Numbered from the stretch's first letter, positions 26,308 to 35,255 are shown. The stretch is DNA of 42,800 nt from a virus (IMGVR_UViG_3300028413_000008:1-42800); one strand, 5' to 3'. Program-made: numbers and translations. The notes: generated by a model not told the origin, from the sequence alone.

Positions 26308-28098
26308 TCATAATTCTCTGACCCCCGCGGTTGATTCACTTCTTGGTTGTTGAGGTGCTCCTGGCATTGTAGCATTTTGATTTTCACCAAACATCGCTTT
26401 TGTCATCGAAAACGATTCGTCAGAAGTTGTCGTTTGATACTCGCCTTGTTCTTGCATAACCGCATACGCAATTGAAGCCGCCATAACTACGTCGTCATTT
26501 TTACCAGCCAATGCTTCCGGCTTTCCTTTCGCATTTCGAAGAAACGTAATCATCTCAGACAAAATAGCTTGAGGAAATCCTGTCTTCTTCCGGAGAAACA
26601 CCGCCTTGAGTGCCGCGAGCGCAAATGGTCTGGTTGCACTAGTGGTTTTCCATCCAAAGAATTTTGTGACATTTTTTGTAATGTCATCAAACGACTTTCG
26701 GTAGTACAAATTCACGTAGCCCATTTTATCAAGCCCATCGTTTACCCACAGCCCGTCTTTGTTTGACTCAACTGCAAGTAGCGCCCAGTTGAAAAATTTA
26801 CCGACGTTATAAGCAACACCGATAAACTCATCTGGTGGCACGTTTGATTTATACACAGCAACACACTCCTCCGTCTTATGTTTCAACACATACAAAATCT
26901 GACTGTCTCCGTGAGCGAGTCCTTCCGCGGTATCGCCCCCGATGATATATCGCTGACCGTCTTGTGGCATTTCAAATATTTCCAGATCCCCCGCTGAAAA
27001 TTCCTGGAAAGAAACTTCCCCTTTTTCGTTTGCGCTTAGTTCCCCTTTGGTCCCAGATACTGCTGTCTGCATCATTTCAAATACTTGCGCGGTCGGGAAA
27101 TAAGTTTGCCCGGTAGACAAGAAAGCTTCTTCTGGAGTAGTGGGAAACTCCTGGTGCAATTTGTGAATCGCATCACTCGAGTTTTTTCCTCCCATCTGCA
27201 ACCACTTCATGTAGTAATACGTGATTTCAATATCAGTGAGTTTGTGCTGTTCTTTATACTCACCCCAGTCAATCTCACACAGCTCCATCTCTTTCGTTGG
27301 GATCGTCTCCGTGATCTTCAGCATTTCCGAATCGTCGTACTGCCAGTTATAGAAGTGAGCCATAAACATCACTCTTGATTTCATGGGTGTTATCGTGTCT
27401 TTATTACGCCATCCCTCGGTGAAAATTTCATAAAACCGACCAGCCATACCTTCAGCAGTTGACTCAATAAAAATAAATCCATCAAACGGGACCGCAGGGA
27501 ATGTACCAGTTTCTACTTCAGCAGCTACTCGCGGGTAAGTCGCACACAGTTTCGCAAACTCAGAAATGTGCACGTAGTAAAACGTACCCGAGCGAGCGGA
27601 CCCCGACACATTGATACTTGAAGTGGAACCTTCTTCCGGTCCATAGTCCACCACCACCTGAATCTTTTTCGCTGAGTTTTTCACCAACTTAAAAGCTCCT
27701 TGTTTAATCTCGTCACACATGTTTCGAATCGCATAATCAATCTTTCGATCAAAAATCTCAGTCGCGTCTTTCTGCGTGTGCGCGATAATCAATCCTTCAC
27801 GGTTGGTGTTAAACAAAATCTCATCAAGAATCCACAAGTCAATAAACGTAGTGAATCCGAGCTGCCTGGCTTTGAGCACACAGTGTCGGTAATACACCTC
27901 ACCCGATTTAATAAGATAGTTTTCAAAAAAATGCCGTTGCGCCCGGTTCATCGCAAACAACTCTTTTGTCCCCGACTTCGTAATAATCCAATACAGGTTA
28001 TCAATCCGCCACCGCTTGTCATCAATAAGATCGGGATTTGCAATCAGCGCCTGGATCAGCGAATCGTTATGCTTCTTTTGAAAGTGAACATCAACCAT
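26308..28098 (-). CDS. terL: Terminase large subunit
   Basis: Walker A LKARQLGFTT, Walker B VHISE, ESTAEG, nuclease GGDTAEG..GD and KNDDVVMA. Confidence 0.95.
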   Translation of the reverse strand: MVDVHFQKKHNDSLIQALIANPDLIDDKRWRIDNLYWIITKSGTKELFAMNRAQRHFFENYLIKSGEVYYRHCVLKARQLGFTTFIDLWILDEILFNTNREGLIIAHTQKDATEIFDRKIDYAIRNMCDEIKQGAFKLVKNSAKKIQVVVDYGPEEGSTSSINVSGSARSGTFYYVHISEFAKLCATYPRVAAEVETGTFPAVPFDGFIFIESTAEGMAGRFYEIFTEGWRNKDTITPMKSRVMFMAHFYNWQYDDSEMLKITETIPTKEMELCEIDWGEYKEQHKLTDIEITYYYMKWLQMGGKNSSDAIHKLHQEFPTTPEEAFLSTGQTYFPTAQVFEMMQTAVSGTKGELSANEKGEVSFQEFSAGDLEIFEMPQDGQRYIIGGDTAEGLAHGDSQILYVLKHKTEECVAVYKSNVPPDEFIGVAYNVGKFFNWALLAVESNKDGLWVNDGLDKMGYVNLYYRKSFDDITKNVTKFFGWKTTSATRPFALAALKAVFLRKKTGFPQAILSEMITFLRNAKGKPEALAGKNDDVVMAASIAYAVMQEQGEYQTTTSDESFSMTKAMFGENQNATMPGAPQQPRSESTAGVREL

Positions 28099-28099
28099 A

Positions 28100-28660
28100 T
28101 TAAAAATCTAATTCCTCATCGCTTAGCGGAGCGGTTTCTTTTTCCTTTTTAGTGTTTTTACTTTTCTTCTTCTTTTCTGGTTTTTCCTCCTTCACCTCGT
28201 AAGAAACAACTGGTGTTTCCATTTCACTAGCGGTAGCGGCTTCTTCGCCTGGAGACGATTCAAAAGTAGCAGTGCGTGTTCGTTCAGTAAAAATAGCTCG
28301 CAACGGATTACCTTCAGGAGTTTTGAGTCGGTTCGGTGCACGAGTTTTTTCAATTCGATCCCAAGCACCACTAATCGCATTAAGCGCAGAGTTCAGATCT
28401 TTGTTTGAAAAGTTCTTTAGCCCCCTGGCTTTAAACTCAGCCATCACTCCGAGCAACAAATTATTACTATCAGCAGCGAGCTTGATAATAGCGTTTTGGT
28501 AGCCTTCAGTTTCTTCGATTTTGTTTTTAGCGTTGTTTGCCATTTTTGGTGAATATCCTGATAGCATTGCCATCTCTTTTTTAGTACTACCTTTACCGCC
28601 TAGTCGTCTAACCGCATAAGCGTATTGTTTTACAGTAGAACCGTTCTTCGGTCGTTTCAT
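28100..28660 (-). CDS. terS: Terminase small subunit
   Basis: HTH motif T.KQ.AY...KKEMAMLSGYSPKMA; directly upstream of TerL. Confidence 0.75.
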   Translation of the reverse strand: MKRPKNGSTVKQYAYAVRRLGGKGSTKKEMAMLSGYSPKMANNAKNKIEETEGYQNAIIKLAADSNNLLLGVMAEFKARGLKNFSNKDLNSALNAISGAWDRIEKTRAPNRLKTPEGNPLRAIFTERTRTATFESSPGEEAATASEMETPVVSYEVKEEKPEKKKKSKNTKKEKETAPLSDEELDF

Positions 28661-28772
28661 ACCTTATAGAATATCATAGTAACTTTGATTTTGGCAGATT
28701 TTTTGAAAAAATTTTTTGAGTGACTTTTTAAATACGACTAAGGGGTCTTTATTACGGATCAGCTGTAGTGAA

Positions 28773-28878
28773 TAAATATATCTGTCCTGGATCACTAAAA
28801 TATATCTGTCCAGGATCATTGTCATGGTTCACTAAAATATATATCCGTCCTGGTTCACTAAAATATATATCTGTCCTG
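28773..28878. repeat. Four ~23-26 bp tandem repeats AAATATAT(AT)CYGTCCWGGWTCACT
   Basis: Read directly from the sequence. Confidence 0.85.
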
Positions 28879-29104
28879 TGTGTGGGAGGGGGACCCTTTC
28901 TTAGTAACACACCCGGGGTACCTGGATAGGGGTAGCCCCCTACCGCTTTATTTTTAGTTTTTAAAATTTAAAAAAAGAAAGTGAAAAGTCTTTAAAAAGT
29001 TTTCAAAATTTTCGGGGTATATGGCATAAAAATATATTTATTTTGGGGCGACTCGATCATACCTTATAAAAATTTCTAGCTATTGACATTTCTTAAAATC
29101 ATGA

Positions 29105-29374
29105 GGGCACAACTTATTTACCACACATCTTATGCCCCGTCAAATAAAACAGTGATTCTGTCAAGCTATACACCAAACAGCTAGCAAATGGGGCACGTGG
29201 GCACGAAAAAGCCAAAAAGTCGTTTGTCGTAAAACAAAATCAAAAAAGTGAAATACTAATTTTTTTTAAAATCTTGTGCCCACGTGCCCCGAGGAGGAAA
29301 ATAACCTTATAGAATAGGCCAGAATGGCCGGGGCACGAGTGGGGCACGAGTTATGTCATGAATCTTGTGCCCCG
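29105..29374. repeat. GGGCAC iteron array in direct and inverted orientation around an AT-rich spacer; candidate replication origin
   Basis: 8 exact GGGCAC/GTGCCC copies; 15-bp perfect inverted repeat 29190-29204/29276-29290. Confidence 0.7.
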
Positions 29375-29649
29375 TCAATAAACCTTATTTTAAGCCATAT
29401 TGATTTTTTTTGACCACCGTTTTTTGGTGTGGCATAATATAAAAGAGGGTACAAAAGGGTATATTTGATCGATTTTCTCTAGGGGCCTACCAACCTCGCC
29501 TATCACAAGACCCCTAAAAAAAACCTACCCTAGACCCTACCTTATAGCTTTTTAAAAAAACATACCTTATAGCCAAAATACACCCCAAATATCATAAACT
29601 TGACATAATATAAAAACATCGCGCAACCATAAATACTGGGTATAAGTAT

Positions 29650-29678
29650 TTGACAGCGACAGTGACATATGATAGTAT
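29650..29678 (+). promoter_or_regulatory. Early sigma70 promoter P2 with GACA-repeat operator
   Basis: TTGACA-17 nt-TAGTAT; spacer holds CGACAGTGACATA. Confidence 0.75.
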
Positions 29679-29713
29679 ATAAATAAGTCAGAAAGACATC
29701 TGACTAGTACATT

Positions 29714-30026
29714 GAAACGATACATATATATGAGTTGGTAAACCAATCAACTAATGTATAAAAAACATATGACAAGAAAAAACTTTGTAGCCATTGCCCA
29801 AATTATCAAGGACAACGCCACAACCGTCGAAAAGCAAAACGGCACAATTGCCCACGTTTTGCCGTACGATAAAACCGTTATAGCACTAGCAAGTTATTTT
29901 GTAACAGAAAACCCAAATTTTGATGTTACACGATTCAACCAAGCTTGCGGTATTATCGAATAGAGTACAGAGCCACGTAATCAAATTATAAGAGCCACGT
30001 ACCAACTCATATATATGTATCGTTTC
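29714..30026. repeat. Perfect 27-bp inverted repeat pair flanking ORF 29754..29963
   Basis: GAAACGATACATATATATGAGTTGGTA at 29714-29740 and its reverse complement at 30000-30026. Confidence 0.95.
29754..29963 (+). CDS. First early gene, small phage protein
   Basis: MTRKNFVAIA...LASYF..ENPNFD..RF..ACG resembles a common small phage family. Confidence 0.8.
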   Translation: MYKKHMTRKNFVAIAQIIKDNATTVEKQNGTIAHVLPYDKTVIALASYFVTENPNFDVTRFNQACGIIE

Positions 30027-30101
30027 GCACATTATAAAACGGCATCGACAGTAGACAAAAAGTAACTACAACCGACCAAATGCCACAACATAATCATTAT
30101 T

Positions 30102-30281
30102 ATGATTCATTACATCGACGGAAAACCGTCAAAAAATATCAAACTGACAAAAAGTAAAGCCCACGCGATACAATCGTACCGACAAAGTAAAGCAGTATCA
30201 GAATTGAAAGACATTGCAACCCGTGCACTAATCGTGACCATCGTCGCAACCGTGCTGGCCGTTGTATATCTATCAAACTAA
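30102..30281 (+). CDS. Small C-terminally membrane-anchored protein, 59 aa, not in the ORF track
   Basis: MIHYIDGKP...RALIVTIVATVLAVVYLSN. Confidence 0.55.
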   Translation: MIHYIDGKPSKNIKLTKSKAHAIQSYRQSKAVSELKDIATRALIVTIVATVLAVVYLSN

Positions 30282-30293
30282 ACTAATAACGCT

Positions 30294-30524
30294 ATGAAAA
30301 AAAATGCAATAACACCCGACGACTTTACCCGTATTGACTCGGACATATACGGCAACCCACGTTACTACGTGCCCGTGTATCTGTTCGACAAAATGCCCGA
30401 CAAACTACGACTATCAGTCGGACTCGAAAAATATCGCGGTAAAAAATATGGTAGCGGTTACGTTGTGCAATCGTACAACTTAGACTCAGATATCGCTCAC
30501 ATTGTAAAAACCCTAAACTCATAA
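30294..30524 (+). CDS. Small early phage protein
   Basis: FTRIDSDIYGNPRY...KYGSGYVVQSYN motif. Confidence 0.8.
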   Translation: MKKNAITPDDFTRIDSDIYGNPRYYVPVYLFDKMPDKLRLSVGLEKYRGKKYGSGYVVQSYNLDSDIAHIVKTLNS

Positions 30525-30528
30525 CACT

Positions 30529-31185
30529 ATGACAAAACTACACGACCAAACAACCCACGACCACAATGCAGAATACTTGACCCGTATGCAAAAAGACTTA
30601 GGGCATCATTCATGGTGGTACACGAACCGACAAAGTGCTGACTGTATCAACGTGAAAATGCACTGCTGGGTAGACACTGACAAAGTACTGGCTGGACTAA
30701 CAGAAAGAGAAAGAGAAGCTGTGACGGTACTCGACATAGACGTGGATCAATTCTGCGACGAATTGAAATGGCGTGATATTGAAAGTACCCGAGAATGGTT
30801 ACTTGAGTCACTGAAAGACGACGACACACTACAGAACGAAACCGCTCAAGTGGACTCACTCGACTACGGTGGACGTTCTGGCGGTTGGCTGGCGGTTGTG
30901 TTCGACTTCGACGCTATAGGCGACTACTTAGAAGGCTACGACTATGCGATCGAATACCTGACAAAAAAAGAGCAGCGTGAACAGTGCAAAGCCGTTGATA
31001 ATGCAATTGCATACATCGACAAAGTACACGCTCGAATTGTCGACATGCACAAGCGATACTGTAACGAACTAGAAAAGCCTGAATTTTACATCGAAGAGTT
31101 GCAAATGCACATCGAAGAGTCAATTGACTACGAACAAACCAAAATTGAAATAGCGACTAACAAATTAAAAACCCTAGCAAAATAA
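30529..31185 (+). CDS. Acidic hypothetical early protein
   Basis: INVK and GRSGGWL motifs. Confidence 0.8.
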   Translation: MTKLHDQTTHDHNAEYLTRMQKDLGHHSWWYTNRQSADCINVKMHCWVDTDKVLAGLTEREREAVTVLDIDVDQFCDELKWRDIESTREWLLESLKDDDTLQNETAQVDSLDYGGRSGGWLAVVFDFDAIGDYLEGYDYAIEYLTKKEQREQCKAVDNAIAYIDKVHARIVDMHKRYCNELEKPEFYIEELQMHIEESIDYEQTKIEIATNKLKTLAK

Positions 31186-31186
31186 T

Positions 31187-31816
31187 ATGGCACAACTAAC
31201 TGAACACGCAATAAAAGCTCGCAACATTATTGCCGACCACGTTAACCAAAATAACACCATGAAAATAACACTTGAAACCCTATACACCCCGTATACGCTC
31301 GACACGTATTCTACGTTCCTGAGTGATAACCACGAAGAGTCTGAAATCGAATACTATAATGAAGAGCACGGTACCGACTACAACTATGACGACTTCGACT
31401 GGGCGTATGACCACAAAAAGCTAGTAAAAATGCTGTTCGATAACTGTATTGAACTAATGCGAGATAATTGTATCGACGATATTGTGCTGGCAATCGAACC
31501 AAACGGCGAACCAACGTCACCACGTGAATACAATTTTTCGACTGACAAGGGTTGGATTGACTTTGAAGTTGACCACGAAAAGCTAGTGCAATTTTGTCTC
31601 GTCGATAACAAAGATGAATACCACGAAAACAAATTGCAAGACCGTAGCGGATTCTGGTGGATGGGCAACCGTGAACAAACCATGCTCGCTTACTACCTGA
31701 ACAAAAAGACGGCCGACGATTATACACCTGAAGACTACTATTTTGACCAACACGACATGCTAGTAAGCAACGGCGGTTGGCACGAAGTTATCGAATGCGA
31801 ACCAATTAAAAAATAA
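31187..31816 (+). CDS. Highly acidic early protein (possible DNA mimic)
   Basis: D/E/Y-rich; SPREYNFSTD motif. Confidence 0.75.
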   Translation: MAQLTEHAIKARNIIADHVNQNNTMKITLETLYTPYTLDTYSTFLSDNHEESEIEYYNEEHGTDYNYDDFDWAYDHKKLVKMLFDNCIELMRDNCIDDIVLAIEPNGEPTSPREYNFSTDKGWIDFEVDHEKLVQFCLVDNKDEYHENKLQDRSGFWWMGNREQTMLAYYLNKKTADDYTPEDYYFDQHDMLVSNGGWHEVIECEPIKK

Positions 31817-31818
31817 CT

Positions 31819-32202
31819 ATGCAAAAACTAAAACAAATTAAAAACAACGTCACGAATAGTTGGACGTACCGACACCCGAGAGAAATTCTCATACTGTCAC
31901 TAATTACCGTTATCTTAATACAAGCCCACGGTGACACTATCGACGATACCTGGATCAAAGTTGCAAGTGCCTTTACTCATGAAGTGACGTATACCAAACC
32001 ACTAAACGAAGCTGAACAGGCTCGAGAAATACGAATAAACCAAAAAGCAATCGACACGCTCGAAGCGAACCGAGACATACTACTCGAACAGTACCGACAA
32101 AATGCGATACAGGAAGAGTATGCGGAACTACTCGAATTGTCGGAACTATCAAATTCACCCTTTATTGACCACGAAGAGTTAAAAACTAAATACGGCTACT
32201 AA
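31819..32202 (+). CDS. Single-pass membrane protein
   Basis: ILILSLITVILIQA segment. Confidence 0.7.
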   Translation: MQKLKQIKNNVTNSWTYRHPREILILSLITVILIQAHGDTIDDTWIKVASAFTHEVTYTKPLNEAEQAREIRINQKAIDTLEANRDILLEQYRQNAIQEEYAELLELSELSNSPFIDHEELKTKYGY

Positions 32203-32203
32203 T

Positions 32204-32395
32204 ATGCGAAAACTAACAGAGCAGGAGTACAACGTGATCATGCAATGTATCGAACATGGCAAGGCACTCATGGCTGACGACGATTTTATCGACCCGTATG
32301 ACTATGACGCTCAAGAGCAAGGGTACAACAACCAAAACATGCTCGAAGCCCTGGAGCGAGTAGAAAACGAACTTATAAACCACTACACAAAATAA
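32204..32395 (+). CDS. Small acidic hypothetical protein
   Basis: Operon packing. Confidence 0.7.
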   Translation: MRKLTEQEYNVIMQCIEHGKALMADDDFIDPYDYDAQEQGYNNQNMLEALERVENELINHYTK

Positions 32396-32397
32396 CT

Positions 32398-32772
32398 ATG
32401 ATTAAAGAAACTGTAAACGAATGGCGATTCACTAACGTGCTACTAGCTGACGAATATGCACACTGGACATATGGTGCAACCAAGGCACTGTTTGACTACT
32501 ACGAGAATTTGTCCGACGACATAGGTGAAGATATCGAACTTGACCACGTTGCAATTCGTTGTGACTGGAGCGAATACGACAATGCACTTGAAGTGTATAC
32601 ACAACACCACGGTGACGATAGTGACTTGCCCGACGATCAAAAAATAACTACTGAAGAGCAAGCCCGAGAATGGCTCGAAGATAACACAACCGTGCTCGAC
32701 GTTGAAAATATTGTAATAGGTGACACCGCTCACCGCGACCCACTTAAAAGTATTCTAGTTATGCAATTCTAA
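32398..32772 (+). CDS. Acidic early protein (possible antirestriction/DNA mimic)
   Basis: TY.A..ALFDYYE.L.DD.GE.IELD.VAIRCDWSEY motif; very acidic. Confidence 0.7.
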   Translation: MIKETVNEWRFTNVLLADEYAHWTYGATKALFDYYENLSDDIGEDIELDHVAIRCDWSEYDNALEVYTQHHGDDSDLPDDQKITTEEQAREWLEDNTTVLDVENIVIGDTAHRDPLKSILVMQF

Positions 32773-32783
32773 TAATAATCACT

Positions 32784-33014
32784 ATGACAAAAGAAATTGA
32801 AGACTTACTCGAAGCGATCGACGACATTGAAAGTTGCGACGAGAATATCGAACTACTAGAAAAGGGAATGGAATATTTTTGTGGCAACTATGATATCTGC
32901 GAGGGATTCAAGTATGCCCTACGAAAAACCATTGAAGATCAGTATACGAACCATGCCGACGAACAAAGCCCCGACGATATTATCGAACTTAAAAAAATTC
33001 TATGCCTACAATAA
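32784..33014 (+). CDS. Acidic hypothetical protein, paralog A
   Basis: Similar to 33703..33924. Confidence 0.75.
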   Translation: MTKEIEDLLEAIDDIESCDENIELLEKGMEYFCGNYDICEGFKYALRKTIEDQYTNHADEQSPDDIIELKKILCLQ

Positions 33015-33172
33015 ATGCAGTGACACCAGATCGACAACAGTATATAGCCGTTGTGCGACAAGAGAACGTAGCCAAGGAGATCAAAATCATGCAGATCAAC
33101 CAACACTCGCCCCACGTCGATTATCAGTACATGCAGGAAGTTGTTGACCGATCACTAACTAACCCGAATTAA
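33002..33172 (+). CDS. Small hypothetical protein, 56 aa, not in the ORF track
   Basis: MPTINAVTPDRQQYI...; fills the gap between genes. Confidence 0.5.
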   Translation: MPTINAVTPDRQQYIAVVRQENVAKEIKIMQINQHSPHVDYQYMQEVVDRSLTNPN

Positions 33173-33182
33173 TTCAATCATT

Positions 33183-33524
33183 ATGTTAATCCCAGTATTT
33201 AAAAAGAACGGACAATTGAAAACCCTTGCACAATTTAAAAAAGAAACCGCTAGGCAAATATTATTTATCAAAACCGCACTAGTTATTCTTACCCTACTGG
33301 CAGTCATCATAATCATACCCATCGCCCTGGACCGCCAGCAAGCACACACCTGCGCCACCCACGCGCACTACCTCACCCAATTGCCCGACTACTATTTGAC
33401 GCCAGCCCAGTTCGATCAGTGCATCGCACTACTACCACACGCCGAGGATGACTTCACAATGTGTCACGGGAATCTATACCTAGCGCACGCCGACGACAGC
33501 ACAGCATTCTATTGTCCTAATTAG
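33183..33524 (+). CDS. Single-pass membrane protein with Cys-containing C-terminal domain
   Basis: TALVILTLLAVIIIIPIAL; four Cys downstream. Confidence 0.7.
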   Translation: MLIPVFKKNGQLKTLAQFKKETARQILFIKTALVILTLLAVIIIIPIALDRQQAHTCATHAHYLTQLPDYYLTPAQFDQCIALLPHAEDDFTMCHGNLYLAHADDSTAFYCPN

Positions 33525-33545
33525 TAATTAACACGTACCGAGATC

Positions 33546-33698
33546 ATGCAATCAACTACCATCACATCGATCAGCCCAGACCGCCAAGAACGGATCGACA
33601 CCCTAGCGACGACACCCGCGACCAAATCCAAACGGATCGCCAAGCACATCGCTATTCTAAAAAACCGAGGCCAGCTTAATATTAAAGTAATCAACTAA
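33546..33698 (+). CDS. Small hypothetical protein, 50 aa, not in the ORF track
   Basis: MQSTTITSISPDRQERI... Confidence 0.45.
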   Translation: MQSTTITSISPDRQERIDTLATTPATKSKRIAKHIAILKNRGQLNIKVIN

Positions 33699-33702
33699 CA
33701 CC

Positions 33703-33924
33703 ATGAACCAAATCAACCAAGTACAAAACGCGCTAAACAATATTAGCAACGACGACGAGAACCTTGAGAAGCTGGAGGCAGCTATGGAGCACTACTGTGG
33801 CACCTTTGACAAATGCGAGGGGTACAAGCAAGCGATCATGCTAACAATCGCCGACGAGTACGAAAACCACGCCAGCGAGCAAGATCCCAAGCAATTAGAA
33901 ACCTTGTTATATATGCTTAAATAA
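33703..33924 (+). CDS. Acidic hypothetical protein, paralog B
   Basis: Similar to 32784..33014. Confidence 0.75.
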   Translation: MNQINQVQNALNNISNDDENLEKLEAAMEHYCGTFDKCEGYKQAIMLTIADEYENHASEQDPKQLETLLYMLK

Positions 33925-34186
33925 TATGACCACCGACAAAGAGACATTGCGACAACATCTATACGCCGTATCACCGCACGACCTTGCCAGTATCGAAGAC
34001 GACATATACAGGGACGCGATCGACAGTGTGATCGACAACCTATGATCACCACAGCAGCCGAATACTACCAGCACGTACAACCCTACGATCGCGACCGCAT
34101 CCAAGCCCAGATCAATCGTATACCCCACAACATTAACCGCGCGGGCAAGCACTACAAGAAACTATTACAAATAATCAGACAAAATC

Positions 34187-34384
34187 ATGCAGACAACATT
34201 ATACAGAATCACATTTAAAGACGGACGCACATTTAAAGTATTTTGTGCTAACAAAGCCCAAAAGCAACGGCTGCTAGATACCCAGTTTCGACGAGACGGT
34301 ATTGCAGTCAGAGAAATCGCTAGTGGTATTCACACCATCAAACAGTGGGAACAAATATTAACCAGTATGAAATCTAACCAATAA
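34187..34384 (+). CDS. Small hypothetical protein
   Basis: ORF track and packing. Confidence 0.65.
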   Translation: MQTTLYRITFKDGRTFKVFCANKAQKQRLLDTQFRRDGIAVREIASGIHTIKQWEQILTSMKSNQ

Positions 34385-34389
34385 TCATC

Positions 34390-34890
34390 ATGTACAACAA
34401 AAACAACTTTGCCATCGGCAAAATCGCCCACAAGAACCGCATCAAACCAGAACTAGCATGTGTCGCACTATACGGCGACCGCACCATCGCCACTGATTCA
34501 TTTCGACTGATCGAGATGAGCGCGACAGGTAAAAAGCAAGAAGTACCGACATTATATTTTGCGGACGACATCAAAAAAGAAGTAAAACTAAAAAAGACGG
34601 ATCGAATCGACGGGAAAGATATCAAAGTAAAACCCGCCGTGTCAGGGGACAAATACCCCAATATCGACATGATACTCAACGAAGATAAAGACGTGGAGTA
34701 TATCGAACACAAAGTGAATGCGAGGTTTCTAGCTGAAATCTGCGACATCCTAAAAAACCTTGACCCGTTCGAGGCCGTGACACTGAGAATACCGACGACA
34801 AAATACAAACCATTATTTATCACGGCGCAATGTGAAGAGCCGGGAAAAGTGCAGACCGCCAAGGCATTATTAATGCCAATGAATCGCTAG
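34390..34890 (+). CDS. DNA polymerase III beta-clamp-like (partial) protein
   Basis: ATDSFRL, YPNIDMIL, VNARFLAEI and ALLMPM match DnaN domain II/III motifs. Confidence 0.65.
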   Translation: MYNKNNFAIGKIAHKNRIKPELACVALYGDRTIATDSFRLIEMSATGKKQEVPTLYFADDIKKEVKLKKTDRIDGKDIKVKPAVSGDKYPNIDMILNEDKDVEYIEHKVNARFLAEICDILKNLDPFEAVTLRIPTTKYKPLFITAQCEEPGKVQTAKALLMPMNR

Positions 34891-35051
34891 TATGACAAAA
34901 AAACAAATAAACCAACCCGGTGCGAATGGACACCGTGCACCGCACCAGCTAAATATCTCGAAGCTAGCGGTGAAGGGAGAATGGTGCACGTATGCCTCGA
35001 CCACCGTAGATTACTAACAAAGCAAAAAAGAATTAACTTTGGAGACTAATT

Positions 35052-35252
35052 ATGAACAAAGAAATTACAATCAAAATCGGCGGCATTTATTCGATGGTAG
35101 AGCGACCACAGCAAGTGCTAGTAATGGCACCAGGTGCGACACCAAAAGTATTCAGTCATGACAGGGAAATATTGACAGCATTGCGAGACGCGACAAATTA
35201 CATAAAATATAATCACGTCGAATTAACAGAGTTTAAAAATCAACTAAAATAA
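35052..35252 (+). CDS. Hypothetical protein
   Basis: ORF packing. Confidence 0.6.
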   Translation: MNKEITIKIGGIYSMVERPQQVLVMAPGATPKVFSHDREILTALRDATNYIKYNHVELTEFKNQLK

Positions 35253-35255
35253 CAT

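Noticed and set aside
28773-28878. Possible mini-CRISPR array
   Set aside because: Repeats are nearly adjacent with no unique spacers, and no cas operon is present; the 4584..5279 nuclease is a common stand-alone phage type
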